NCBI GenBank assembly: GCA_902763535.1
Contig: CACWSG010000001.1
Coordinates: 128,261-192,260, forward strand
DNA: 64,000 bases
From: an uncultured Pseudomonadota bacterium
GTDB taxonomy: Bacteria > Pseudomonadota > Alphaproteobacteria > RF32 > CAG-239
Direction of reading: 5' to 3'
This document shows, in pieces, positions 10,201 to 21,739 of the stretch. Below the pieces are notes generated by a model. The model was not told where the DNA came from, did no database searches, and was given only the letters and a program-made list of their open reading frames with translations. The position numbers and the translations under genes are program-made. Within the stretch, counting starts at the first letter, position 1. Each line of letters begins with the position of its first letter.

Positions 10201-10674
10201 CTAGAACGGAATATCATCATCAATCGGAGCAGATGACGATGCCGGAGCCGAATCCCAACCGGATGATGAAGCAGCAAACACATCATTACCGCCGGCCGGC
10301 ACATTATCACCGCCTTTGCCGTCTAACATAACCAAATTGCCGCTGAAATTCTGCAACACAACTTCGGTTGTATAACGCTCTTGACCGTTGTTATCAGTCC
10401 AACTGCGTGTCTGCAACTGACCTTCCAAATAAACTTTGGAACCTTTGCGCAAATATTTTTCTGCCACATCAGCCAATGCCGGATTAAACACTACAACTCT
10501 GTGCCATTCGGTTTTCTCTTTGCGCTCACCGGTAGCTTTATCTTTCCACGAATCCGATGTTGCAATGTTCAAATTAACAATCTTCGATCCTGATGCCGTA
10601 TTGCTGACTTTGGGATCTGCCCCCAAATTACCAACCAAAATAACTTTATTGATACTTCCTGCCATTTTATTCAA
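10201..10674 (-). CDS. ssb: Single-stranded DNA-binding protein
   Basis: OB-fold N-terminus '[14 protein letters not shown]', a Gly/Ser-rich linker and the acidic tail 'DDDIPF'. Confidence 0.95.
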   Translation of the reverse strand: MNKMAGSINKVILVGNLGADPKVSNTASGSKIVNLNIATSDSWKDKATGERKEKTEWHRVVVFNPALADVAEKYLRKGSKVYLEGQLQTRSWTDNNGQERYTTEVVLQNFSGNLVMLDGKGGDNVPAGGNDVFAASSSGWDSAPASSSAPIDDDIPF

Positions 10675-10743
10675 ACCTTTTTCATAAATTAAACAATTGT
10701 TCTCACGATTATAAACTGCTCTATTCTTTTTGCAATTTTAATT

Positions 10744-11835
10744 TTAGTTAACCTGTGTATATTCGCCGCCTTCAAACAAATACATATTCCATCCGCTGTT
10801 AGTCAAAGTTCTGCCATGCTGCAATTTAACTTTACCCCAAGGCAGGCTCCAACTTTGTTGTCCGGCGATATTATCAATCGCCGCTGCATCAAAACTCTGC
10901 GCCTTTTTTACCATATCGCGCCACATCATCACTGCGGCATATCCCATAACGCCAATCCCATGCGGCTCACGCCCTTTTATGCGCAATTCAACCAACTCTT
11001 TGGTAAAATTAGCATTAGATTTTTGATTATTAATCCTTAAGAGATAGACCCCATCGGCAAAATTTCCCATCTCTTTGAAAAAATGCGCTGTTGCCATATA
11101 TTCATCAATCGCAATTATAATATTTTCATCTTTTTCTTGAAGTTTTTGCGCTATCTCTGCGATTTGGCTTTTTCTTCCCAAAATATAGGCAACCTTATTA
11201 TCTCTTACTATTTCTTTTGCCATTTTTTTAATTTTGTTATTATAGGCAGTTATATCGTACAAATTAACTCTGTTCGCCAAATTATTAGCCATAAAAATAC
11301 TTTGTAATTCTGTCGCCGTTTCGTATGAGGCATCATTATCCTGACTATACACCACTGCCAAATTTTTATCTATCCACTTGTCTTTGTAAACTTCAAAAAA
11401 AGTCTTAGCTTGCTCGGAAATACGACCGCCGATTTTATAAAGTCCGGTATGATTGTAGTTGTACCATAAGTTATTCAACGGCTGGGGCATTATTCTCACT
11501 GCGGAACTTCCCTTCATCAGGCTGGGCAACAACACATCCGTACAATACGGACCGACCACCAAGTTTATTCCGCTGTCTTTGCTGATATTAAGAGCCTGTA
11601 CATCACCATGCAAAGCCGATTCACTGCAAATATCGTCCATATATATCAGTTCCAACTTTTCGCCTAACAGACCGCCTGCCTCGTTTATTGTATCAACCGC
11701 AATTTTAACTCCGTCATTAAGCTGTTGACCGAATTTGGCATTATCGCCGTCTTTGGGAGCCACCACCGCCACTCCGGCAGCCTGCACTTTTACGGCAAAC
11801 AACAAAAACAATGAAATAATGTATAAAAATCGCAT
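10744..11835 (-). CDS. ABC transporter substrate-binding protein, LivJ/LivK (branched-chain amino acid) family
   Basis: Signal peptide, then 'AVVAPKDGDNAKFGQQLNDGVKIAVDTINEAGGLLGEKLELIYMDD', which matches the type-I periplasmic binding fold of Leu/Ile/Val-binding proteins. Confidence 0.82.
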   Translation of the reverse strand: MRFLYIISLFLLFAVKVQAAGVAVVAPKDGDNAKFGQQLNDGVKIAVDTINEAGGLLGEKLELIYMDDICSESALHGDVQALNISKDSGINLVVGPYCTDVLLPSLMKGSSAVRIMPQPLNNLWYNYNHTGLYKIGGRISEQAKTFFEVYKDKWIDKNLAVVYSQDNDASYETATELQSIFMANNLANRVNLYDITAYNNKIKKMAKEIVRDNKVAYILGRKSQIAEIAQKLQEKDENIIIAIDEYMATAHFFKEMGNFADGVYLLRINNQKSNANFTKELVELRIKGREPHGIGVMGYAAVMMWRDMVKKAQSFDAAAIDNIAGQQSWSLPWGKVKLQHGRTLTNSGWNMYLFEGGEYTQVN

Positions 11836-11962
11836 TAAATTTTCTCTTTTATATCAAACTTTGCTGAAATTAACATTGCTTACTTAATTTTGCAATATTT
11901 TTTTGCTTGCATTAGCACAAAATATCGCCATAATCTTTTCTCTAAAGGAGAATATAATATCA

Positions 11963-12811
11963 ATGATGTTAAACAAATATACCTTTGATTCTAAAATTGA
12001 CGGTCCTAAAGTGCTTTTTTTAGGTGCCATCCACGGCAACGAACCTGCCGGTGCTCAAGCTATATTTAAGATTGTTGAAAAATTTGCTTCACATGCTATA
12101 TCGCCGCTCAAAGGCATAGTTGAGTTTATCCCCGTATGCAATCCTTTAGCTTTTGAAAAAAATGTCAGACAAATTGATGAAAACCTTAACCGTGTCATCA
12201 AAGACTGGGATGCCCCGACCAATTATGAACAACAATTGGGCAAAAAAATCGCCTCATATATCAAAAACAGTGATATTATCATTGATTTGCACTCTTCGCA
12301 TTGCCCGCAAGACAAACCTTTTATTTTTAGTGACTATCCTGATAAAACGGCTGACAAATTATGCCTTGCTCAAACCATTCAATACATTGTCAAAGGCTGG
12401 CCTGAAATATATTCTTCCTCGCCTATTGCCGACTTTTCTACCGGAAACTGCGCACATTATTACAACAAAACCTGCCTAACCATAGAATGTGGATGGCATC
12501 AATCACCGCAATCCGAACAAGTCGCTTATTATGCCATAATGAACACTTTACTATCTCTTCAAATGCTGGAAGGATTCCCGGCTCAATCAATTGAACAAAC
12601 TCTTATTATGATGGATTGTTTTATCATCAAACAATTCTCCGGCAAACTTGCCCAAAGCTACCGACATTTGGACAAAGTAAGCAAGGGAGAAATTTTAGCT
12701 TCTTATGACAACGGCAAATCGATTATTTGCCCGCAAGACGGTTTTATCATGCTGCCTAATGCCGATGCTGCCATCAACACTGAATGGTTTTACCTTGGAC
12801 ATTCGCTTTAA
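11963..12811 (+). CDS. Succinylglutamate desuccinylase/aspartoacylase-family (M14-like) zinc hydrolase
   Basis: 'VLFLGAIHGNEPAG' zinc-binding motif and 'DLHS' motif. SD 'aaggag' lies 12 nt before the ATG at 11963 (the ORF track opens at 11903 on a non-ATG codon). Confidence 0.78.
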   Translation: MMLNKYTFDSKIDGPKVLFLGAIHGNEPAGAQAIFKIVEKFASHAISPLKGIVEFIPVCNPLAFEKNVRQIDENLNRVIKDWDAPTNYEQQLGKKIASYIKNSDIIIDLHSSHCPQDKPFIFSDYPDKTADKLCLAQTIQYIVKGWPEIYSSSPIADFSTGNCAHYYNKTCLTIECGWHQSPQSEQVAYYAIMNTLLSLQMLEGFPAQSIEQTLIMMDCFIIKQFSGKLAQSYRHLDKVSKGEILASYDNGKSIICPQDGFIMLPNADAAINTEWFYLGHSL

Positions 12812-13535
12812 TTTGCCATAACTGTCTGGCTTGCGGTTCTTCTTTTGCCCAAATAAGACTGTGAGTTTCCTTATCAATCCCCACACCATGATACCCTTGT
12901 GCAATTCTATATTGCATTTTATTAAATAACGCCGGTATTTCGCGGTGAATATTCTTACCCACAAACATGGTAAATCTGTTACCATTAAACGATTTTGCAA
13001 CACCATTGTTCTTTTGCAAATTTTTCTTTAAGTACAAGACTTTTGCATGATCATAAGGATCATAATCTACCTTGCAAATAGCCATGCCATTTTGCAAGGC
13101 ACTTATCCAGCTGGCCGGATTATCAATAGCAATTTGAATAAGTGAAGTCTTTTTTCCGTAACCTGAGGACTTTTTTTCAATATAATCAAGCATACTCTTC
13201 ATCAACCCTGAACCGCGATGATCCTTATCAACTAATATTGCTTTATAAATTACCAAATCATCATTGGGTAAATCCGAGGCAAACTCAGGCATATCGCGCT
13301 CTTGTCCGTTTTGCGGATAAGAAAAAATGCTTTGAGCAATCAATTTATCTCCGTCAAAAACCCCCAGCATATAAGTATGTTCATGTTCCAAAGCTTTGAT
13401 AAAATCCTGCGCGCTGCGGGTTAACACAAAATGTTTCTCATCTTCATGCAAATCGCTGATAACTTTTTTCTGCAATTCCATTACTGCGCTTAAGTGTTCT
13501 ATATTCAATTCTTTAATTTCTAATTTCTTCGCCAT
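12774..13535 (-). CDS. GNAT-family N-acetyltransferase
   Basis: 'ILVDKDHRGSGLMKSMLDYIE' resembles the GNAT acetyl-CoA-binding motif (R/Q-x-x-G-x-G/A). The 3' end overlaps the convergent neighbour by 38 nt. Confidence 0.7.
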   Translation of the reverse strand: MAKKLEIKELNIEHLSAVMELQKKVISDLHEDEKHFVLTRSAQDFIKALEHEHTYMLGVFDGDKLIAQSIFSYPQNGQERDMPEFASDLPNDDLVIYKAILVDKDHRGSGLMKSMLDYIEKKSSGYGKKTSLIQIAIDNPASWISALQNGMAICKVDYDPYDHAKVLYLKKNLQKNNGVAKSFNGNRFTMFVGKNIHREIPALFNKMQYRIAQGYHGVGIDKETHSLIWAKEEPQARQLWQIKANVQGKTIQC

Positions 13536-13832
13536 TTATTTTTTCCATATCACATTATTTTTGAGCCAAAAAAAAGATTTGAAATTTTCCAACTTCAAAT
13601 CTCGCAACGATTATTGTCTTAAGTCAACAAAACATCATCGTCGCGATCTCAATCGGCGGCTGCGAACACTAAAAAATCTGCGATTCTTAATATTCATTTT
13701 TTTTACAAAACCTTTCATAAACTTGTTTCATAATGTCAGAAAAAATTTTTTTGTCAATATTTTTATCAAAGTTTTTTTTATTGCTATTTATCTTTTATAC
13801 TATATATTACAGCTCACAAGGAGATTATCAAA

Positions 13833-16643
13833 ATGAGCAGTGATTTTATCGATATTAAAGGCGCGCGTTCTCACAACCTGAAAAACATCAGTTTGCAAAT
13901 CCCTAAAAACAAACTGACGGTTATCACCGGTTTGTCCGGCTCGGGCAAATCATCTTTGGCTTTTGATACCATCTATGCCGAAGGTCAACGCCGCTATGTT
14001 GAAAGCTTATCGGCTTATGCTCGCCAATTTCTGGACTTGATGCAAAAGCCCGATGTCGATTCTATCGAAGGTTTGTCTCCGGCTATCTCTATTGAACAGA
14101 AATCCACCTCGCACAATCCGCGCTCCATTGTCGGCACCATCACCGAAATTTATGATTATATGCGTCTTTTGTGGGCGCGTGTCGGCACACCTTATTCTCC
14201 GGCAACCGGCCTTCCGATTGAAAGCCAAACCGTCAGCCAAATGGTTGACCGCACCTTGGAACTTCCTCAAGGAAGCAAACTTTTGCTGCTTGCTCCGGTT
14301 ATCCGCGGTCGTAAAGGCGAATACAAAAAAGAATTGGAAGAATATCGTGCTCAAGGTTTCCAACGCATCAAAATCGACGGCGAGCTTTATGATTTGGATG
14401 AAACCCCTGCCCTTAACAAAAATCAAAAACACGATATTGAAATTGTGGTTGACCGTGTAATCGTCAAAGACGGTATTGCCGAACGTTTGGCTCAATCTTT
14501 TGAAACCGCACTCAAACTAAGTGACGGCTTGGCTTATATTGAAAATATGGAAGGCGGCAAACGCATAACTTTCTCTTCTAAATTTGCCTGTCCGGTCTCC
14601 GGTTTCACCATTGAAGAAATTGAACCCAGAATGTTCTCATTCAACAACCCTTACGGTGCTTGCCCGCATTGCGACGGTATCGGTGCCAAGCTTTATATGG
14701 ACCCCGATCTGATTATTCCCAACCCCAATCTGTCCATATCCCAAGGTGCGGTTGCTCCGTGGCATGGATTTCATTCCTCTTTTTATGAAATGGCTTTAGT
14801 CTCACTGGCTGATTGGCTTGGCATATCAACCAAAACTCCGTGGAAAGATTTGCCTGAAAAAGCTCGTAATGTTATTCTCTACGGCTCCGGCGATGAGATT
14901 GTGCCGCTTTATTTTAAGAAATTTGTTACCGAAAAGCCGTTTGAGGGTGTTATTCCTAACATGGAACGCCGCTTTTTGGATACAGATTCTCCCGCCACCA
15001 GAGAGGAATTATCCCATTATCAATCAGCAGCGCCTTGCGAATTTTGTCACGGCAAACGTCTCAAACCCGAAGCCTTGGCGGTTAAAATCGGCGGATTGGA
15101 TATTTGGGATGTTTGTGAAAAATCAATTAAAGACGCGCTTGTATGGTTTGGCGGTATCAAAGCCACCCTTTCTCCGCAAAAGCAAGAAATTTCGGCCAAA
15201 ATCATCAAAGAAATTTGCGAGCGCCTGCAATTTTTGAACAATGTCGGCTTGGATTATCTAACCCTATCGCGCCAATCCGGCTCCCTTTCCGGCGGTGAAG
15301 CCCAACGCATTCGCTTAGCCAGCCAAATCGGCACCGGATTGACCGGAGTGATGTATGTTTTAGATGAGCCGTCTATCGGCTTGCACCAACGCGACAACTA
15401 CCGACTGATTGAAACCTTAAATCGTCTGCGCGACATTGGCAACACCGTGATTGTGGTCGAACATGACGAAGATGCCATGAAAGCTGCCGACTACATTGTT
15501 GATATTGGACCACGTGCCGGCACTCACGGCGGTGAGGTTGTTGCCTCCGGCAGCCTAAAAGATATCTTAAAGAATCCTAACAGCCTGACAGCTGCTTATC
15601 TTAACGGGGTTAAAAAAATTGAAGTTCCGACCAAACGCCGCAAAGGCAACGGCAAATTTTTGACCCTCAAAGGTGCCAAAACCAACAACCTTAAAAATAT
15701 CAATGTAAAATTCCCGTTAGGATTATTTACCTGCGTTACCGGTGTTTCCGGCTCCGGCAAATCATCGCTTGTTTTGGAGACTCTTTGCGCCGCCTTGGAA
15801 AAAGAAATCAACGGTGCTCGCAACCTGCAAGGCAAATATGACAAATTGGAGGGCATCGAAAACATTGATAAAATCATCAATATTGACCAATCGCCCATCG
15901 GACGCACTCCGCGCTCTAATCCGGCGACCTACACCGGCATATTTTCTTATATCCGCGATTGGTATGCCTCACTCCCCGAAGCCAAAGCTCGAGGTTATAC
16001 CGCCGGACGCTTTTCTTTTAATGTCTCGGGAGGACGCTGTGAGGCTTGCCAAGGCGATGGTGTAACCAAAATCGAGATGCACTTTTTGCCCGATGTTTAT
16101 GTTGAATGTGATGTCTGCCACGGCACGCGCTTTAATCGCGAAACTTTGGAAGTTAAATACAAAGGTAAATCCATCGCTGATGTTTTGGATATGACGGTTG
16201 ATGATGCTTATACTTTTTTTGAAAACATCCCCTCTATTCGCAATCGTTTGGAATTGTTGCGCCGTGTCGGTTTGGGCTATATCAAACTCGGACAATCGGC
16301 CACCACTCTTTCCGGCGGCGAAGCCCAACGCATTAAACTATCCAAAGAATTATCCAAAAAAGCTACCGGCAAAACTCTTTATATTTTGGACGAGCCCACC
16401 ACCGGACTGCATTTTGAGGACATCAATAAGCTGTTGTCGATTCTGCAATCTTTGGTTGATGCCGGCAATTCGCTGATAGTAATTGAGCATAACCTGGATG
16501 TTATTAAGGTTGCTGACCACATTATCGATATAGGACCCGAAGGCGGTGAAAAAGGTGGCACCATCGTTGCCCAAGGCACCCCCGAACAAATCGCCAAAGT
16601 TGAAGCCAGTTATACCGGTAAGTTTTTGAAAGATAAACTATAA
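13833..16643 (+). CDS. uvrA: Excinuclease ABC subunit A
   Basis: Two ABC modules ('GLSGSGKSS', 'GVSGSGKSS', two 'LSGGEAQR' signatures) and Cys4 zinc modules ('CPHCDG', 'CEACQGDG...CDVCHG'). 936 aa. Confidence 0.98.
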   Translation: MSSDFIDIKGARSHNLKNISLQIPKNKLTVITGLSGSGKSSLAFDTIYAEGQRRYVESLSAYARQFLDLMQKPDVDSIEGLSPAISIEQKSTSHNPRSIVGTITEIYDYMRLLWARVGTPYSPATGLPIESQTVSQMVDRTLELPQGSKLLLLAPVIRGRKGEYKKELEEYRAQGFQRIKIDGELYDLDETPALNKNQKHDIEIVVDRVIVKDGIAERLAQSFETALKLSDGLAYIENMEGGKRITFSSKFACPVSGFTIEEIEPRMFSFNNPYGACPHCDGIGAKLYMDPDLIIPNPNLSISQGAVAPWHGFHSSFYEMALVSLADWLGISTKTPWKDLPEKARNVILYGSGDEIVPLYFKKFVTEKPFEGVIPNMERRFLDTDSPATREELSHYQSAAPCEFCHGKRLKPEALAVKIGGLDIWDVCEKSIKDALVWFGGIKATLSPQKQEISAKIIKEICERLQFLNNVGLDYLTLSRQSGSLSGGEAQRIRLASQIGTGLTGVMYVLDEPSIGLHQRDNYRLIETLNRLRDIGNTVIVVEHDEDAMKAADYIVDIGPRAGTHGGEVVASGSLKDILKNPNSLTAAYLNGVKKIEVPTKRRKGNGKFLTLKGAKTNNLKNINVKFPLGLFTCVTGVSGSGKSSLVLETLCAALEKEINGARNLQGKYDKLEGIENIDKIINIDQSPIGRTPRSNPATYTGIFSYIRDWYASLPEAKARGYTAGRFSFNVSGGRCEACQGDGVTKIEMHFLPDVYVECDVCHGTRFNRETLEVKYKGKSIADVLDMTVDDAYTFFENIPSIRNRLELLRRVGLGYIKLGQSATTLSGGEAQRIKLSKELSKKATGKTLYILDEPTTGLHFEDINKLLSILQSLVDAGNSLIVIEHNLDVIKVADHIIDIGPEGGEKGGTIVAQGTPEQIAKVEASYTGKFLKDKL

Positions 16644-18233
16644 GCTCAATTCTAATTGATTTGGATTTTTCATAATTGGGTTGTTGCTTGCCTTTTTTTG
16701 TGTTGAAAGAGTAGTTTTTTGACGCGGCCTGCTTTCTCGATATCTTTTTCCGATAGTTACAGCAACATACTTTGAACGTTCATGCGGGGTAGCATTTATA
16801 TGTTGTAAAAGTATGTATACATCTTCAGACGTATAATCATAATTATCTATAATGGTGTTAAACAAATTTACCATTTCTTGATCTAATATGCTATTTTTTT
16901 TCAAGCTACTATTTACTAACTGGTTATAAGCATCAGCAATATCCCAACTCTTTTCTTTGGGATTATCGGCAGTTTTCACATCATAATACATACTATTAAT
17001 TGTTTCCGTGATTGTTGTGTCTACCATACTTTCAGCTTTAACATAATCATTTACATCAATATAATCCGAAGCATTCGGATATATAACTTTTTCAATATTC
17101 CACAACTTGTCTTTTATTGTTTCATCTGGCTCATCAAATATTGCCATATAATCTTCTATATCTATATCTTTATTTTGTTTATTTGTTTTTTTATTTTTTT
17201 TCGGCATTAAAATTTCAGGTCCTATTTGATGCAAAAAAGACAAAGCCTCAGTATTAGTCTCCCAACGTTTTTTTAATGGGCAATTATTCAACCATAACTG
17301 CTGTAATTCCTTTTGTTCTGCCTCAGAATAACCTTGTGTTTTATTTTTAATAAGTTCGCCTATTGATTTACACAAATAGGCATTAAGATTATTTTTGTCT
17401 GTGTTTTTTGAATAATACTCCGCAAATATTTTTATAAAGCCTTCAATAGCGTCTTTGCTATTACCTTCTTTAGCCATAAGCTTATTTAAAACTACCAAGT
17501 TAATTTGTACCTTTTCATTTTTTTTCTTATTTTTAACCGTCTTAGCCATGGCTTTGAAATATATTTTACTGAATTCAAAAAAATCCTGAGTGCTGATTGT
17601 ATGCAGATTATTAGCAAAAGATTGCGATACATCATAAATGTGCGGAGCGTACTTACTATGATGATCCAAATAATTGTTCACTCTGGTAAAAATATCTTCA
17701 ATATTTTCGCGCTCGGTTGGAATGAACTGAAACTCTGCCAGTTTTCTTAAACCTTTTAAATCAATCGGATGTAAATTATTTCTTTTTTTATCTTTATTTT
17801 CATCTTTTTGGGGATTTATTAATTCTAATAAATACTGCAAATAATGAATCTTATCTTCGTCTTTTAAGGCAGAATTAATTGTAATATAATCAGTAAAAGA
17901 TTTGGCAGCTTTCCATCCCCAACCATAAAAACTTTTTTTACATAAAAACAAAAAATGACCTGCTGCTTTTTGTTTTTCTTCAATATTATCCAAACCATCA
18001 ATATAATCTTGATATGCATTCAGTAATGCTTCAGTCGGCTCTTCAATATTAGTATAATTATATTTTTCTACTGCAGCAAATTTATTATTATTTGCGCACC
18101 CTTGTCTTAATTCACGCGTAGCATTTGTATGAAATTCTACTAATTTTTCATACTTCTGTTCAATTAAAGCCCGTGTGGTTGTATTTCCGTTTACATCCAA
18201 TTTGCGCCTCTTTGTTTTGTCTATTTTTGACAT
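16638..18233 (-). CDS. Hypothetical protein, Lys/Asn-rich ORFan (no signal peptide, no recognised motif)
   Basis: Uninterrupted 531-aa ORF in a visibly AT-rich stretch. Its stop overlaps the uvrA stop by 6 nt (convergent). Confidence 0.6.
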   Translation of the reverse strand: MSKIDKTKRRKLDVNGNTTTRALIEQKYEKLVEFHTNATRELRQGCANNNKFAAVEKYNYTNIEEPTEALLNAYQDYIDGLDNIEEKQKAAGHFLFLCKKSFYGWGWKAAKSFTDYITINSALKDEDKIHYLQYLLELINPQKDENKDKKRNNLHPIDLKGLRKLAEFQFIPTERENIEDIFTRVNNYLDHHSKYAPHIYDVSQSFANNLHTISTQDFFEFSKIYFKAMAKTVKNKKKNEKVQINLVVLNKLMAKEGNSKDAIEGFIKIFAEYYSKNTDKNNLNAYLCKSIGELIKNKTQGYSEAEQKELQQLWLNNCPLKKRWETNTEALSFLHQIGPEILMPKKNKKTNKQNKDIDIEDYMAIFDEPDETIKDKLWNIEKVIYPNASDYIDVNDYVKAESMVDTTITETINSMYYDVKTADNPKEKSWDIADAYNQLVNSSLKKNSILDQEMVNLFNTIIDNYDYTSEDVYILLQHINATPHERSKYVAVTIGKRYRESRPRQKTTLSTQKKASNNPIMKNPNQLELSL

Positions 18234-18353
18234 TATAGCATATTTTACAATTAAAGCAATTAAAAAAGTCTTGCATTTTAAATTTTGTCATGCTAAAAAG
18301 TACGCAATTTATAGTTTAACCATACAGTTTATTGATGAAATGAGGTGATTTAA

Positions 18354-18560
18354 GTGGTTCAGGTTACTGTTATCGGCAATGATGTTGGTCAGTCTTTGAA
18401 AGTTTTGAAGAAAAAGATGCAACGCGAAGGTATCTTCCGTGAAATGAAATTGCGCCGTTGCCATGAGAAAAACTCTGAAAAGAAGGCTCGCCGTCAGGCT
18501 GAGGCTGTTCGCCGCGCTCGCAAGCAATTGCGCAAACGCTTAGATACCGAAGGATTCTAG
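18354..18560 (+). CDS. rpsU: 30S ribosomal protein S21
   Basis: '[54 protein letters not shown]' is a typical S21. GTG start with SD 'gaggtga'. Terminator hairpin at about 18583-18612. Confidence 0.93.
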   Translation: MVQVTVIGNDVGQSLKVLKKKMQREGIFREMKLRRCHEKNSEKKARRQAEAVRRARKQLRKRLDTEGF

Positions 18561-18678
18561 TCCTTTATTTCAAATAAATTTAAGCACCGGCAAATTTGTC
18601 GGTGCTTTTTTATGTCATCAAAAAAAAGAGAGAAGTTTGCAAATTAAAACTTCTCTCTTTTATAAATATCAACTTAAA

Positions 18679-20028
18679 CTAAGCCGACTTTTTAGCCTTT
18701 TTAGCGGTTTTTTCTTCTTCCATTTTATATAATTCTTCAACCGAAACTTTTTTCTCGTTCAATTTGGTCAAAGACAAAATGTGATCAATGATTTTTTCTT
18801 CAAAAATCGGAGCTTTCAAAGCTTCAACCGCATTTTTGTTCTTAAGGTAATAGTCCAAAACCAACTGCTCTTGACCGGGATAACGACGAGCTTCATTCAT
18901 AATAGCCGCATTGATATCCTCTGGCTTAATGGTAACTTTAGCATCTTGACCAACCTCAGAAAGCAACAAACCGAGCTTAACTCTGCGGATGGCAATATTT
19001 TTATAGTCTTTAAGCAAATCAGCTTCTTTCTTGGATTTTTCTTCTTCATCCAAACGTCCCATTTTTTTGGCTTGTTCATATTGCTGAACAATGGCGTTAT
19101 ATTCAGCATCAACCAAAGAATTGGGAACTTCAAAATTATATTCCTTATCCAAAACATCCAACAACTGGCGTTTCAGTTTCATTCTTGAGGCATTGTCATA
19201 ATCAGCTTTGATGCGTGAAGACAAATTCTCTTTCAACTTATCCAAGCTCTCAGCTCCCAATGATTTGGCCAACTCATCATTAATCTCGATTTCTTTGGGC
19301 TCACGAACTTCTCTGACGGTAACGGCAAAAACTGCATCTTTGCCGGCCAAATCTTTGGCATGATAATTTTCAGGAAACTTAACCTTTACATCAACTTTAT
19401 CACCTGCTGATGAACCGACCAACTGATCTTCAAATCCAGGAATAAACGAATTTGAACCCAATTCAAGAGGATAATCACTTCCCTTTCCGCCATTAAATTC
19501 AACTCCGTCAACCGAGCCTGTAAAATCAATCATTACAGTATCACCTTTGGCAGCTTTTTTGCCGTCAACCTTAACTGTCTGTTTGCGGCTCTGTGCCAAA
19601 TAATTAACAGCCTTATCAACTTCTTCAGCCGGAACATCGGCAGTCAATTTTTCCAAAGATATTTTTGAAAAATCACCGATTTTGATTTCAGGCAAAACTT
19701 CAACATTTACTTCAAATTCAAGGTCTTTACCTTCATCAAAGCTCAATATTTTAACCGAGGGTTGATTGACCGGACGCAATTTATTGCTTGATACAGCCTC
19801 GTTGGTACCCTTGCGAATCATCTCATCCATAACCTCGCCCATAACCTCGTTATGATATTTCTTTTCAATCATTGACAAGGGAGCCTTACCGGCACGAAAT
19901 CCTTGAATTTTTGCTTTTTTTGCCACATTTGCCAAGCGATTAGTGTATTCTTTAGACACATCACTGTTATCGGCAACAACTTTGTAAGATTTATTTAAGC
20001 CTTCGGCTTTTAACTCGGTAACTTTCAT
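18679..20028 (-). CDS. tig: Trigger factor
   Basis: N-terminal ribosome-binding region 'GFRAGKAP', FKBP-type PPIase core 'FIPGFEDQLVG', 449 aa, adjacent to tRNA-Leu. Confidence 0.95.
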   Translation of the reverse strand: MKVTELKAEGLNKSYKVVADNSDVSKEYTNRLANVAKKAKIQGFRAGKAPLSMIEKKYHNEVMGEVMDEMIRKGTNEAVSSNKLRPVNQPSVKILSFDEGKDLEFEVNVEVLPEIKIGDFSKISLEKLTADVPAEEVDKAVNYLAQSRKQTVKVDGKKAAKGDTVMIDFTGSVDGVEFNGGKGSDYPLELGSNSFIPGFEDQLVGSSAGDKVDVKVKFPENYHAKDLAGKDAVFAVTVREVREPKEIEINDELAKSLGAESLDKLKENLSSRIKADYDNASRMKLKRQLLDVLDKEYNFEVPNSLVDAEYNAIVQQYEQAKKMGRLDEEEKSKKEADLLKDYKNIAIRRVKLGLLLSEVGQDAKVTIKPEDINAAIMNEARRYPGQEQLVLDYYLKNKNAVEALKAPIFEEKIIDHILSLTKLNEKKVSVEELYKMEEEKTAKKAKKSA

Positions 20029-20090
20029 CTACACTCTCTTTTGTTATTAAAAATTGAACCAATGCCATACCAATCACTTGCAATTTAATT

Positions 20091-20175
20091 TGGTGCGGGT
20101 GAAGGGACTTGAACCCCCACGCCTTACGGCACCAGATCCTAAGTCTGGCGCGTCTACCAATTCCGCCACACCCGC
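20091..20175 (-). tRNA. tRNA-Leu (anticodon UAG), CCA encoded
   Basis: The reverse complement folds as a cloverleaf. Acceptor is GCGGGTG/CACCCGC, the anticodon stem-loop CCAGA-CTTAGGA-TCTGG carries anticodon TAG, the long variable arm is typical of Leu, the T-loop is TTCAAGT, and the 3' end is ACCA. Confidence 0.95.
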
Positions 20176-20340
20176 TTTTTTATCCAAGCTTTTGATATAA
20201 ACCTAATAATTGCCTGCATAGTACCTGTTTTTTTTTAATAATCAAGCATAAATTCACAATGCAAACAAAATTATTGTAATATGTTTTTAACTTTTGTAGT
20301 ATATCTTAAAATAAAAAATATTGTTTCGAGGTGTTTTGAT

Positions 20341-21726
20341 ATGATGTTTTCTCGTCATTTTACTAGAGTTTTGCTTTCGGCAACCGCATTGAGCATGCTT
20401 TCGGCTTGTGCAATTTTTGATAAAAAAGACACGGCTGAACCGTCTAACTGGTTTATGAATATGCTTGAAAAAGACGGTCAATCCGATGCCCAAAAAGCCA
20501 GCTTGGCCTATTTGGAAGGCAATTTTGACAAAGCTTTAACTCTTACTTCAGATTCGCTGAAAGCCAATCCGCGCAACCAACAAGCTCTGTTGGTCGGTGC
20601 CTTATCAGCCGAAAAACTGGGACGCTACAACAAAGCTCGCCAATATTACGAAGACTTGATTGTTATTGATGGTCAGGAAACCTCCATTCTCGGAACACCG
20701 AATAATCAGCCGCAAAAAATTTCGACAACAGCTAAAACTCGTTTGCGTTCTTTGACTATTTCACAAACTAATCTGACCATTGAAAACAAAGACGGTTCCA
20801 AATCATTTTCGATTTCCAAGCAGGCCGGAGCTCAGCAAAGCAAACAAGCTATCAACAAAGCCTTGACCAAAAAATCACCGGCAGCTGCAAAAAAAACTAA
20901 TATCGATAATTTATTCCCCGGCAATCAGCAAAATATCGTTTCGCGTTTCCTGATATTGAAAGAATTGGCCGAAAAGGACTTTATTACCAAAGAAGAATTT
21001 TTATCTCGTCGTCAGGCTAATCTCGGCGGTCTGTTACCCTTGACCAACAAAGCCCCCGGTGTCGGAATCGATCAACCTGTTCCCTCACCCGAGCTGATTA
21101 TTGAACGTTTGGAAATTCTTAAAGACGGTGTTGAAAATCGTGCCATTACTCCCCGCGAATTTTCGGCAGAGCGCGATGTTATTATCGAGGCTCTGATGTC
21201 GCCTAATCCGCGCAATCGCATGAAAAACCAAGCTCCTTCCAAAAACATTCTTGACGCAGCCAAGGATTTGCGTCGATTGGAAGCCTTATACAATATGGGC
21301 TTGATTACAGACAGCGAGCGCGAAAAAGAAAAGAAAGCTATCGAAAAATATTTAGGCATAAAACATGATGAGCCGACAGCAACCACTTCTGCTCCTGTTT
21401 TAGCTCCCATTAATGAAACAGCTGGCGTTCCGGCAGCACCTTCGGCTGCGGTTGAAGCACCTGCGCCATTGACTGTACAAGTAGCCGTGCCCGAACAAGT
21501 ATCTGTTCCGGTTGCCGTATCTGTTCCGGAACAAATTCAAATTCCGGCCACAGTAACTGCTCCGGCTCCGCTTCAGGTTCCCGCTTCGGTTCAAGTTACA
21601 CCGCCGGCGGCTTTTGCAGCTCCGGCACCGACAATTCCGGCAACCGCACCTCAACCGGCACCTGCTTTAGAAGCTAAAGAAACCAAGCTTGACACTACAA
21701 CTCCGGATGTCAGCAGTCCTTTTTAA
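20341..21726 (+). CDS. Lipoprotein with TPR-like N-domain, three SHOCT-like repeats and Pro/Ala/Val-rich tail
   Basis: Lipobox 'LSMLSAC'. SHOCT-like units are 'FITKEEFLSRRQANL', 'ITPREFSAERDVIIEAL' and 'LITDSEREKEKKAIEKYL'. The C-terminal 100 aa is P/A/V-rich. The ATG at 20341 is preferred over the ORF opening at 20281. Confidence 0.7.
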   Translation: MMFSRHFTRVLLSATALSMLSACAIFDKKDTAEPSNWFMNMLEKDGQSDAQKASLAYLEGNFDKALTLTSDSLKANPRNQQALLVGALSAEKLGRYNKARQYYEDLIVIDGQETSILGTPNNQPQKISTTAKTRLRSLTISQTNLTIENKDGSKSFSISKQAGAQQSKQAINKALTKKSPAAAKKTNIDNLFPGNQQNIVSRFLILKELAEKDFITKEEFLSRRQANLGGLLPLTNKAPGVGIDQPVPSPELIIERLEILKDGVENRAITPREFSAERDVIIEALMSPNPRNRMKNQAPSKNILDAAKDLRRLEALYNMGLITDSEREKEKKAIEKYLGIKHDEPTATTSAPVLAPINETAGVPAAPSAAVEAPAPLTVQVAVPEQVSVPVAVSVPEQIQIPATVTAPAPLQVPASVQVTPPAAFAAPAPTIPATAPQPAPALEAKETKLDTTTPDVSSPF

Positions 21727-21739
21727 CTGATTAGCTGAT

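Noticed and set aside
13560-13832. A possible SOS/LexA operator upstream of uvrA (a GAAC half-site at 'gctgcGAACact') and upstream of ssb.
   Set aside because: No second half-site lies at the alphaproteobacterial GTTC-N7-GTTC / GAAC-N7-GAAC spacing, and there is no CTGT-N8-ACAG box. The evidence is insufficient.
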